A stretch of DNA of 23,605 bases from a virus (IMGVR_UViG_2537562191_000021:1-23605); one strand, 5' to 3'. Counted from the first letter of the stretch, positions 7,864 to 14,991 are shown. The notes: a model not told the origin generated them from the sequence alone. A program made the numbers and translations.

Positions 7864-8947
7864 GAGCAATATTTATAAAGATCCGCGCTGGCTGTCGCTG
7901 GTGGAGAAATATAAAGACAATTGGGTTCTGGCAGCAAAAGAATTGTTTGATATTGATTTAAGCCACCAGCAACAACAAATTGTTGAAGCTATACAGCCCA
8001 ATAATGCAAAAGCTACTGTCACAACTCCGCATGGGATCGGACGACCGCAAGTGCTTGCTGTTATTAGTACCCTTTATACGATTATGTATCCTGATTCCCG
8101 GACAGTAATTGTTTATCCAAAATCAAATGCTTGCAAAAAAGGAATTGTTGCATATGTGTGGCAATGTTGGGAGGCATTACTGAAAAAACAACCTTTTATC
8201 ATTGAGTATTTTAAGGTCGGTGATAGCGGTCTGATGTTCAATGAATTTTGGGGAATGTGCTTTTGTAACTACCGCCTTAACTATGAAGATAGCATTGCAG
8301 GTCACTACGCCGACCATCTGTTATTCATTATTGTGGATTCCGCACATATAAGCGATCGGGCATACAGTATTGTGTGGGCAAGCATGACTAGTGGTGATTC
8401 ACGCATATTGCTCACTTCAATTCCGTCACCAGAGGAAATAGGATTTTTTTATGATTCTCATCATGGGCGTGCTTTAGCTGAAGATAATCCGAGTGGTGTC
8501 TATAAAGCCATTAAGCTGAGTGCTGAGGATTCACCATTTATTACCCAAGAATATCTTGATCATTTTGCCGAAAGGTATGGCGGGCGAAATAGTGATGACT
8601 ACCGTCGTATGATTCTTGGTGAGTTCCCTGGTATTAGGGAGGCTGTTCTTGAATCAGATATGCCGAAAACAATGCGTTTTTCAATGCCTGATGGCAGTGA
8701 ATGGACAATGCCATTACGAGTGATAGCCAAGCATCATGCACAGCACCACGCCAAAAAACATGGCGTTACAACATTAGAGTGGTTGAAATCGCACACCATT
8801 CCACTCTTCACTGCAGATCACAATGCTATCGTTGAGTGGGCAAAAACAATTCCGTGGGGGAATGTCGCTGAATACGCCCACATGCTAAAACCGCCGAAAG
8901 ACAGGCAAGAAATTAGCTGGCTGACAGCAGAAAAAATCATTGAGTGA
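7853..8947 (+). CDS. Terminase-large-subunit ATPase-domain paralog with degenerate Walker motifs and no nuclease domain (pseudo-terminase)
   Basis: 364 aa from ATG 7853 (SD AAGGAAG). Shares DPRW, HQQQQI, YFYDSHH, DNP.G, L..E.SPF.T and GEFP blocks with the 1046-2554 protein, but Walker A reads TTPHGIGRPQV (Lys to Arg, Ser to Pro) and Walker B reads LLFIIVDSAH (catalytic Glu lost). The C-terminal nuclease half is replaced by an unrelated 90-aa His-rich tail. The longer ORF from 7562 is rejected. Confidence 0.7.
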   Translation: MATKSNIYKDPRWLSLVEKYKDNWVLAAKELFDIDLSHQQQQIVEAIQPNNAKATVTTPHGIGRPQVLAVISTLYTIMYPDSRTVIVYPKSNACKKGIVAYVWQCWEALLKKQPFIIEYFKVGDSGLMFNEFWGMCFCNYRLNYEDSIAGHYADHLLFIIVDSAHISDRAYSIVWASMTSGDSRILLTSIPSPEEIGFFYDSHHGRALAEDNPSGVYKAIKLSAEDSPFITQEYLDHFAERYGGRNSDDYRRMILGEFPGIREAVLESDMPKTMRFSMPDGSEWTMPLRVIAKHHAQHHAKKHGVTTLEWLKSHTIPLFTADHNAIVEWAKTIPWGNVAEYAHMLKPPKDRQEISWLTAEKIIE

Positions 8948-8953
8948 TAGTAG

Positions 8954-8984
8954 GAAGCCCGCTTGGTTGAGCGGGCTTCTTTTC
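8954..8984 (+). terminator. Intrinsic terminator closing the plus-strand island
   Basis: gaagcccgc-ttggttga-gcgggcttc, a 9-bp stem, followed by TTTTC; lies between the convergent pseudo-terminase and doc genes. Confidence 0.5.
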
Positions 8985-9363
8985 AAATATTGGAACCATA
9001 TAGTTCACGTAGTTTTTCCGCTACTGAAGATACGGGGATTTCACCAGTTGCAGCCCCCACCGCAAGTTCCACCAGCACGGGAGAATCATATACCTGTATA
9101 CCGTTACGGCGTAGAAATAGCAGCGCACTGTTTAGCGCGGTACGCTTATTGGCATCATTGAATATATGCCCTCTCGCAGTAGCCACCAGGTAGGTTGCGG
9201 AGACTTCGAAAAGGTCGGTGATCTCTTCGTAGGCAACTCTGGCCTGAACTCTCCCGATAATGGCCTCTGCCCTACCCGGATCTGACATTCCCGGCAGGCC
9301 GCCGTAGCGGCTTATATTCGCATCATGAAGCGCAATAAGTTCTTCCGGTGATATATGCCTCAT
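8983..9363 (-). CDS. doc: Doc toxin (Fic-fold kinase, death on curing)
   Basis: 126 aa, essentially co-linear with P1 Doc as remembered; Fic motif HIFNDANKR with His at position 66. Start overlaps the phd stop. Confidence 0.9.
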
Positions 9364-9584
9364 TATCGGTTAACCAGTTCCTTGTTGGTGGAGTCCAGGG
9401 TGTCAAACAGGGATGCAAATTCAGCATCCAGCGCCGCCTTTTTGTAGGCTTCGAAAGTAGCCTTGCTGACAATTACTGCTGGTTCACGGCCTCTGCGGGT
9501 GATTTCAACCTCTTCCCCGGCTTCAACATTGTTGAGCAATTCAGAAAGGTTGCCGCGCGCGGTACGGAAGTTAATGGACTGCAT
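9363..9584 (-). CDS. phd: Phd antitoxin (prevent host death)
   Basis: 73 aa from ATG 9584 ([15 protein letters not shown]...), SD GAGGTG; sits immediately upstream of doc with overlapping stop and start. Confidence 0.9.
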
Positions 9585-9592
9585 AAACACCT

Positions 9593-9615
9593 CGTGTACT
9601 CGTTATGTGTACACA
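9593..9615 (-). promoter_or_regulatory. Palindromic operator subsites in the phd-doc promoter region
   Basis: CGTGTACTCG (9593-9602, 8/10 palindromic) and TGTGTACACA (9606-9615, perfect 10-bp palindrome), directly upstream of the phd SD; matches the GTGTAC-type palindromes of the P1 phd-doc operator as remembered. Confidence 0.45.
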
Positions 9616-9656
9616 ATCATAAACTTCACAGGCATAAAGCACCAGCACTTTGCAGC

Positions 9657-10046
9657 TTAAATGACCGGACAATCATCAAACTCCCCACTTCGGGCATCAT
9701 TGATGACATGAGTGATCACACCAAAAACAGCATTACTACCCGTGTAACCATCGTCATCTACTGGTAACGCCTCTTTCTTCCCGGTGCTTAAATCCTCCAG
9801 GTGCTGGCGCGGATACTTTCGGTATCTCTTTATGCGATATTCACCCTCCATAGCGCACACAAGCAGCGAACCATCAACTGGAGTAAGCGAAGAATCAACC
9901 ACCAGCAAAGCACCCTGCAATATTCCCTCACGGTGATGGCTGTCTGCCGCCCGCATGAAGTATGTCGCTGATGGATGCCTGATTAGTTGCTGATCAAGAG
10001 AAATTCTGCTTTCAACATAGTCCGCCGCAGGAGAAGGGAAGCCCAT
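9657..10046 (-). CDS. humD: UmuD'-like S24 peptidase-family protein (HumD-like translesion synthesis accessory)
   Basis: 129 aa; N-terminus MGFPSPAADYVE and a LexA/UmuD-like C-terminal domain including ADSH (Ser-containing catalytic motif) and a basic Lys/Arg cluster; a LexA box lies 20 bp upstream. Confidence 0.75.
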   Translation of the reverse strand: MGFPSPAADYVESRISLDQQLIRHPSATYFMRAADSHHREGILQGALLVVDSSLTPVDGSLLVCAMEGEYRIKRYRKYPRQHLEDLSTGKKEALPVDDDGYTGSNAVFGVITHVINDARSGEFDDCPVI

Positions 10047-10065
10047 AGCGTTTTCACCTCAATAA

Positions 10066-10085
10066 TACTGTTCATTTATACAGTA
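10066..10085. promoter_or_regulatory. LexA (SOS) box upstream of humD
   Basis: TACTGTTCATTTATACAGTA: CTGT-N8-ACAG with the flanking TA/TA of the E. coli SOS-box consensus. Confidence 0.7.
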
Positions 10086-10133
10086 TACATTAAAGAGACA
10101 CCTTTGGTGCAAACGCGTTATCGCCGGTCATCA

Positions 10134-10418
10134 TTAACTCCTACATTCAGGGCAAGAGTTCCCTTCCGCAAAATAGGGGAAACTGCTATCAAGCTCATCA
10201 CACCATCTGCGATGGTCGTAGCACCAAAACGCCTCCCACGGTGCACGGAAATACTTCATCCACCAGGACACTCGATCAGGTATATCTGCTGGTGGCAGCT
10301 CTTCTGGCAATAATTTGCCTGATAATTCCCTTTCCGCCCGCGCCAGCATTCCTTTTAGACTCGCATTCTCTTTTTCAAGAATCTCTATGCGCGCCTGTAA
10401 CTCAGCTTTCGTTGGCAT
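10134..10418 (-). CDS. Hypothetical coiled-coil plus Cys-cluster (putative zinc-ribbon) protein, 94 aa
   Basis: Start taken at the internal ATG 10418 (MPTKAELQARIEILEKEN...), SD GAGG; C-terminal CYDHRRWC...CPEC. The upstream extension of the ORF is rejected. Confidence 0.45.
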   Translation of the reverse strand: MPTKAELQARIEILEKENASLKGMLARAERELSGKLLPEELPPADIPDRVSWWMKYFRAPWEAFWCYDHRRWCDELDSSFPYFAEGNSCPECRS

Positions 10419-11151
10419 GGTCCGCCTCATGTTTATCAGCCACCAGCGGCAATAAAGCCTTCGCCATTTCATGAACCAACATGGCATCAATGACGCCTAG
10501 CGTATGGCCCGGCTTAATCTTTAATGCGGCCTCAAGATAGCCTCTTTCCAGAGTGGTTTTTACGCTTTTCCTGGGCGCTTGTTGGGAACTATCCGGAAAA
10601 TCCGGATGGTTCCCAGCCTCATAAGCTACCCGCAACCAGTGCATGAATGTTTCCGCAGACACACAACCGCAGTCCACATCGATTTTCCCGCGTTGCTGTT
10701 CCAGCCATTGCTCAAAATCTAACTTGTAAGCCTTACTTTCAGACTTAACTTTCTGAGACGCTATGCGAGCTGCTTCATACTGTTCACGAGTGACAACCGA
10801 TGTAAACGCACTGCGATCAAGGTCACTGATATCGCAAATAATGCCATCAATGGAATAATTCTTTGATGATTGGTAATTTTTATGGCGCGTACCAAAAAGA
10901 ACCGTAGCGCGACTACTACCTGGCATCGTAATGGATAGATGGCAAAAATCTTTTCCATCAGGCCATCCACGCCCCTTAGATAATTCCTTCACTAACAAGT
11001 CAATCAGTGTCATAGCTTTACCATCCTTGCAAGGCGCTAAAGCTATTTTGGCAAGCTCCAATACTTCATCTGCTGTGTATCCAGCACCGTGACCATACAT
11101 TTCGATACGGGAAATAATATCTGAAATACGCTCTTTAGTGATTCTTGTCAT
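10402..11151 (-). CDS. Hypothetical protein, 249 aa, whose N-terminus belongs to the ITKER / ELA(R/K)IALA family shared with two other proteins in the window
   Basis: Start at ATG 11151 (MTRITKERISD...), SD AAGGA; ATGA overlap with the upstream stop. Confidence 0.55.
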   Translation of the reverse strand: MTRITKERISDIISRIEMYGHGAGYTADEVLELAKIALAPCKDGKAMTLIDLLVKELSKGRGWPDGKDFCHLSITMPGSSRATVLFGTRHKNYQSSKNYSIDGIICDISDLDRSAFTSVVTREQYEAARIASQKVKSESKAYKLDFEQWLEQQRGKIDVDCGCVSAETFMHWLRVAYEAGNHPDFPDSSQQAPRKSVKTTLERGYLEAALKIKPGHTLGVIDAMLVHEMAKALLPLVADKHEADHANES

Positions 11152-11357
11152 AGTTTTATTTCCTTGCATGGTTCGCCTTTACGGCAAACAGCTACACGGT
11201 CATTTCTTACATTAACCACAGTCACCGTTCCGTCATCGCATTGAATAACGATGAAAGGGTGTTCATTCTCTTTTGTGCAATGTTGCTGTTCCCCTGCTGT
11301 AACAGTGAGGGGAATTAATAAAATAATAATTACTGCGAATTTACTAAATGTTGCCAT
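11148..11357 (-). CDS. Small secreted protein, 69 aa (moron-like)
   Basis: N-terminal signal-peptide-like segment MATFSKFAVIIILLIPLTVTAG, then a Cys-containing mature region; stop overlaps the next start. Confidence 0.45.
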   Translation of the reverse strand: MATFSKFAVIIILLIPLTVTAGEQQHCTKENEHPFIVIQCDDGTVTVVNVRNDRVAVCRKGEPCKEIKL

Positions 11358-11381
11358 AGCAATCTTTCTTTCTGTTTTTCA

Positions 11382-11675
11382 TTATGGTTGAATCCAGTTA
11401 TCTTCAATAGCAATGCTCAATCTTTGTAACCATTCTGCTAATTTCAGCATTGCTTCTCTTTCGCTTAAACCACGAGGAAAATCATCAAGCGATATTGTTG
11501 GCTTGAAGTTTCCCAAATTATCCATTTCAACGGTCAGATTTTGCTCCAGAACGGTATTTCTTACGCGGCTATTGTGCCGAAGCAAATATACTGAACGTGA
11601 TTTATTGGTTTTGTGGTCGAACGTATATTCGGTAAGTATCATCTGACTTCCGCCATGATTATTACCGCGCCACAT
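11382..11675 (-). CDS. Hypothetical protein, 97 aa
   Basis: ORF with SD GGAG 5 nt upstream of ATG 11675. Confidence 0.45.
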   Translation of the reverse strand: MWRGNNHGGSQMILTEYTFDHKTNKSRSVYLLRHNSRVRNTVLEQNLTVEMDNLGNFKPTISLDDFPRGLSEREAMLKLAEWLQRLSIAIEDNWIQP

Positions 11676-11698
11676 AATTACTCCGTGTTAATTGAAAT

Positions 11699-11980
11699 TT
11701 AGCTATTAATCTTCACTTTTATCGCGAACACCTTTACCGGTTTATCACCGAAGTGTGGATGTGTGATTGTTTTTATTTCATATCCGTTATACGGGACGTC
11801 AATTCTGCGACTGAAGTCGTCGCGCTTCGGATATCCCTTTGTGATAATCAGGCGGTCATATTCCCGGAACATGATTCGCTTATTCCAGTAGTCATTACAC
11901 AGGCGATACTCTTCCGTTTTCTCCCCGCGAATCATGGCATCGAAGTATTCACCTTTGACGGCAAGTTGCAGGTTAGCCAC
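11699..11980 (-). CDS. Small ASCH-like domain protein, 93 aa (GTG start)
   Basis: KGEYFDAMIRGEKTEEYRL resembles the ASCH GxKTxExR motif; GTG start with SD GAGG; overlaps the upstream stop. Confidence 0.45.
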   Translation of the reverse strand: MANLQLAVKGEYFDAMIRGEKTEEYRLCNDYWNKRIMFREYDRLIITKGYPKRDDFSRRIDVPYNGYEIKTITHPHFGDKPVKVFAIKVKINS

Positions 11981-12533
11981 GGTTAACCTCCTGCGGCGGT
12001 TCCGGTAGCGGCATCCAGTCGGTTACATTGCGACTCTGTGTTTCGAAAAATTCATCACCATTGCGGACAATATCGAAAAACTCTCCGTCTCGATATTGCG
12101 CATAAAGAACGAATGCGCCATCACATAAAATAATTACGTGCTGACCATCATCTGGCATTCGCTCACTACAGCTTATCCAACCATCCGGAGTTACCGGAGA
12201 GTTGCCATTTACATCGAAGTTTGGCTCTGCGTCCTGAACCAGGAGGATGTAACCATTCTTGGCTGTATCAAGTTCTAACGCCTCGGTGACGGTGCCGAAA
12301 TAGCGATTACCTAAATCAGCATCACAAGTGCTTACATCAATGGAAACTTCCATGCCTTCGATTAATTCTGGTAAGTTGTAAGTTTGGTTTACAGGCTCTG
12401 CTTCCAGCGATGCCAGAGCAATTCGTGCCAGTTCTTCCGCTTCTTCTGCTGGCAGTACAACGTTGCTACCCGGTCCGTATGTTTCGCGCCACTGCTTGAT
12501 TGTCAGCAGTCGCTCTTTGGTAATAGTGATCAT
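11973..12533 (-). CDS. DUF551-domain protein with ITKER-family N-terminus
   Basis: 186 aa; N-terminus MITITKERLL...ELARIALASLEAEPV; C-terminus GWISCSERMPDDGQHVIIL...DWMPLPEPP is typical of DUF551 in enterobacterial prophages. Confidence 0.6.
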   Translation of the reverse strand: MITITKERLLTIKQWRETYGPGSNVVLPAEEAEELARIALASLEAEPVNQTYNLPELIEGMEVSIDVSTCDADLGNRYFGTVTEALELDTAKNGYILLVQDAEPNFDVNGNSPVTPDGWISCSERMPDDGQHVIILCDGAFVLYAQYRDGEFFDIVRNGDEFFETQSRNVTDWMPLPEPPQEVNRG

Positions 12534-13045
12534 GCCGCGTTTCCTTCTTTCTTATTAACAATTACACCGTCATATATTTCATTAAGGTGCCCTCTCAACT
12601 CCATGCGCCTTAATGCAGATAACATGTAATCGCATTCAACCTGCTTATTTCCAGTAAATGGCTTATCGTCAGGATTACCCCAACAGCAATTACCCTTGGG
12701 CCACCCATGTACTTTCCGTACTCTTCCGTTAACAACGTGAAGTAATCCCCAGCCAGGTGGTAAATCCTCAACTGAAATAATTCCCGGCTCACTAATAAAG
12801 AATCGCCAGTCGCCCATTCCAAGAGATGGATTTTTACGAAAACGCTTTTTTCTATCTGCCAACAAGTCAGCACGAGAACACTTCGCCTCTATCAGGCATG
12901 ATGCTGAATTTCTGAATCCCATAGCATCTGGCTGTTCTCCGGTACTGGTTACAGCTATAAAGCGGTCATGAAAACAAACCTTGAACCCGTTGCGCTTAAG
13001 GAACTTATACGCAATCTGACAGAGTTCGCGGTGTGTTAACGCCAT
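12530..13045 (-). CDS. Hypothetical protein, 171 aa, with a candidate PD-(D/E)xK nuclease motif
   Basis: Start at ATG 13045 (MALTHREL...), SD AAGGAGAG inside the duplicated leader; motif QPDAMGF-x10-LIEAKCS fits PD-x(n)-ExK. The N-terminal extension to 13117 is rejected. Confidence 0.5.
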   Translation of the reverse strand: MALTHRELCQIAYKFLKRNGFKVCFHDRFIAVTSTGEQPDAMGFRNSASCLIEAKCSRADLLADRKKRFRKNPSLGMGDWRFFISEPGIISVEDLPPGWGLLHVVNGRVRKVHGWPKGNCCWGNPDDKPFTGNKQVECDYMLSALRRMELRGHLNEIYDGVIVNKKEGNAA

Positions 13046-13418
13046 ATCACTCTCCTTTAGTGCGCAAGTGGTTTTTCCAGCGGTTTTGCGCCGCGCTGGG
13101 CTTTTTGCAAAAACCACAATCCATCATCCCGTAATATTTCATCAACCCCATCCGTCGGTTGCTGAGTCTCACCCACTGCCAGACGCCAGGAGCGTTTCTA
13201 CGAACTAACAGAATCTTTGCTTTACGGTTTTTCATCGCTTTGCTCTCCTGCGTCTCTTTGCTGCTCGTCGTGCCGCTGCAATACCGGTATGGCGGCGCTT
13301 TGGTGCCGGGATGATGTTGTCAGCCATCAGGACATGTGGCTTTGCAATTAGCGCAGAAGCCCAAAAACGAGTCGGGTACGGTAACAAGCCGAAAAATGCC
13401 ACACGCATTACTCATCTC
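13041..13418. repeat. Duplicated cassette leader, copy 1 (about 378 bp: unit A 13041-13236, unit B 13237-13418)
   Basis: Near-identical to 13972-14167 (unit A, 2 mismatches) and 14341-14521 (unit B, mismatches only at its distal end); read by direct comparison of the sequence. Confidence 0.9.
13047..13235 (-). CDS. Small basic protein, 62 aa, encoded inside the duplicated leader (copy 1)
   Basis: MKNRKAKILLVRRNAPGVWQWVRLSNRRMGLMKYYG...; SD AGGAGAG 8 nt upstream; stop TGA one nt before the ATG of the downstream gene. The two copies differ by one synonymous and one Lys/Arg change. Confidence 0.4.
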   Translation of the reverse strand: MKNRKAKILLVRRNAPGVWQWVRLSNRRMGLMKYYGMMDCGFCKKPSAAQNRWKNHLRTKGE

Positions 13419-13770
13419 CCTTACCCTGAAGCATGGCAGCGCGGCAGGCGTTCCAGCCATCAACATAATCAAACGTATTGCTATCGTCTGGCTCGATTTC
13501 ATCCGGCACTACCGGCTCTGGTTGGATAGTGACGTTGGCAAAGGCAGCACGCAAACCGGCCTTAATTTCCTCTACTTCATCAGCGCCTAGCGATGAATCT
13601 GACAATGCGTGATGGAATGCGTAAGCCATGTCGTCGTTTACTGCAACCGGTTCGGCTTCCAGTGATGCCAGCGCAATTCGTGCCAGTTCCATTTGTTCGC
13701 CACGGGTAAGCCCGTTATCAAGCGGATTTTTAATGAATAATTCGATACGTTCTTTGGTAATAGTGGTCAT
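13408..13770 (-). CDS. ITKER-family protein, 120 aa
   Basis: MTTITKERIELFIKN...QMELARIALASLEAEPVAV; shares nucleotide-identical patches with 11973-12533 over the conserved N-terminal motifs. Confidence 0.55.
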   Translation of the reverse strand: MTTITKERIELFIKNPLDNGLTRGEQMELARIALASLEAEPVAVNDDMAYAFHHALSDSSLGADEVEEIKAGLRAAFANVTIQPEPVVPDEIEPDDSNTFDYVDGWNACRAAMLQGKGDE

Positions 13771-13976
13771 TTGTTAATCCTCAAAACTTTATGCCCGGGC
13801 GCAAAAGCACGTGTTTTGTCTTTACTTATTCGCCACCCGTCTTTACGGGCCTCTTTTGCACAACCAGACCATGACGTACCGATATACTCACCGAAGTCTG
13901 GCACTGGATATACACCTTCCGTACACTGGCGGCAGTCACAATAGAGATGCATGGTGTAACTTGCGGCAATAGCCAT
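13767..13976 (-). CDS. Small Cys-rich protein, 69 aa (putative zinc-binding)
   Basis: Start at ATG 13976 behind the duplicated SD; CDCRQC plus downstream Cys residues. The N-terminal extension to 14048 is rejected. Confidence 0.45.
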   Translation of the reverse strand: MAIAASYTMHLYCDCRQCTEGVYPVPDFGEYIGTSWSGCAKEARKDGWRISKDKTRAFAPGHKVLRINK

Positions 13977-13977
13977 A

Positions 13978-14166
13978 TCACTCTCCTTTAGTGCGCAAAT
14001 GGTTTCTCCAGCGGTTTTGCGCCGCGCTGGGCTTTTTGCAAAAACCACAATCCATCATCCCGTAATATTTCATCAACCCCATCCGTCGGTTGCTGAGTCT
14101 CACCCACTGCCAGACGCCAGGAGCGTTTCTACGAACTAACAGAATCTTTGCTTTACGGTTTTTCAT
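13978..14166 (-). CDS. Small basic protein, 62 aa (copy 2)
   Basis: Identical to the 13047-13235 product except Lys to Arg at one position; same stop-start coupling to the downstream gene. Confidence 0.4.
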   Translation of the reverse strand: MKNRKAKILLVRRNAPGVWQWVRLSNRRMGLMKYYGMMDCGFCKKPSAAQNRWRNHLRTKGE

Positions 14167-14339
14167 CTTACTGCGTACCCTTTCTTCCGCCTGTTCTGTG
14201 ACGCAGTAGGCTTACGCTTTGCGGCAAAAGCCACCTGACCAAATGGATGGAGTACCGCTATCTTATGGTTGCTAATAACCAGCTCCACCACACGCACAGG
14301 TCGCTGTAAAAAAAGTCGTTTTGCCTTACGGTTTTTCAT
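14163..14339 (-). CDS. Small basic protein, 58 aa, divergent paralog of the 62-aa ORF (below the ORF-track threshold)
   Basis: Hand translation: MKNRKAKRLFLQRPVRVVELVISNHKIAVLHPFGQVAFAAKRKPTASQNRRKKGYAVR; uses the unit-B SD AGGAGAG; its stop TGA overlaps the ATG of the 62-aa ORF (ATGA). Confidence 0.35.
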   Translation of the reverse strand: MKNRKAKRLFLQRPVRVVELVISNHKIAVLHPFGQVAFAAKRKPTASQNRRKKGYAVR

Positions 14340-14511
14340 CGCTTTGCTCTCCTGCGTCTCTTTGCTGCTCGTCGTGCCGCTGCAATACCGGTATGGCGGC
14401 GCTTTGGTGCCGGGATGATGTTGTCAGCCATCAGGACATGTGGCTTTGCAATTAGCGCAGAAGCCCAAAAACGAGTCGGGTACGGTAACAAGCCGATACA
14501 TGCCACACGCA

Positions 14512-14991
14512 TTACTCACCTTCTTTGATGCGAATGCCAGCGGCGCGTGGCACATTAACTTCCACGATGCGCACAGTTGGTTTGTACATCTCAATCGCTG
14601 TCAGCCAGTCAGCGCCGGTCATATGCTTTTCTGCATCGCCATTAGTCCATTGAACCGGCACGCCAATAGCTTTCATCGCAATTTCTATTTCCCCGGCAAT
14701 GGCGCTTTTCCCGCAACCAGTAAAACCAGAGACAACGACAAGAACTTCGCCTTTGGCTGGTTTTATTTCCCGCGCCTCCACCTCTGCAATTCGGCACATA
14801 GCATCGATATTTGTGTCTTCCAGGCGTTTAACTTCATCCAATAATGCCAACGCGATATCTGGCGAAAAGTGCTTCATAAAATCGTTAAGCGCATTAATTC
14901 GCTGATCGAAAGGCATTACAGGCGCTTCACCAGCAATTTTTGTTTTTTCAGCAATTTCACGAAGCTTTTGATAGTCAATTTTGTTTGTCAT
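14512..14991 (-). CDS. Hypothetical protein, 159 aa: Ead/Ea22-like N-terminus plus a short P-loop-like segment
   Basis: N-terminus MTNKIDYQKLREIAEKT; VVVSGFTGCGKS resembles a Walker A loop, but the protein is too short for a complete NTPase fold. Confidence 0.45.
   Translation of the reverse strand: MTNKIDYQKLREIAEKTKIAGEAPVMPFDQRINALNDFMKHFSPDIALALLDEVKRLEDTNIDAMCRIAEVEAREIKPAKGEVLVVVSGFTGCGKSAIAGEIEIAMKAIGVPVQWTNGDAEKHMTGADWLTAIEMYKPTVRIVEVNVPRAAGIRIKEGE

Larger units (their letters stand above)
13972..14521. repeat. Duplicated cassette leader, copy 2, interrupted by a 173-bp insert (14168-14340)
   Basis: Unit A 13972-14167 and unit B 14341-14521 match copy 1. The insert ends with the same 15-mer TTACGGTTTTTCATC that ends unit A and encodes a third, divergent small basic ORF. 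Confidence 0.9.

Noticed and set aside
7562-8947. 461-aa ORF-track call extending the pseudo-terminase 291 nt upstream
   Set aside because: The extension overlaps the 7096-7863 gene in another frame and lacks an SD; the terminase homology and a good SD begin at ATG 7853.
8940-9767. Plus-strand ORFs antisense to doc, phd and humD
   Set aside because: The opposite-strand genes are confidently identified by conserved motifs.
12530-14048. N-terminal extensions MVFAKSPARRKTAG... on the ORFs 12530-13117 and 13767-14048
   Set aside because: The extensions lie in the duplicated leader and overlap the better-supported 62-aa basic ORF in another frame; a strong SD precedes the internal ATG; the two copies differ non-conservatively in this frame.
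13041-14527. Repeat structure examined as a possible CRISPR array
   Set aside because: Only two long (about 380-bp) copies plus a divergent insert; no short regular repeat-spacer periodicity anywhere in the window.
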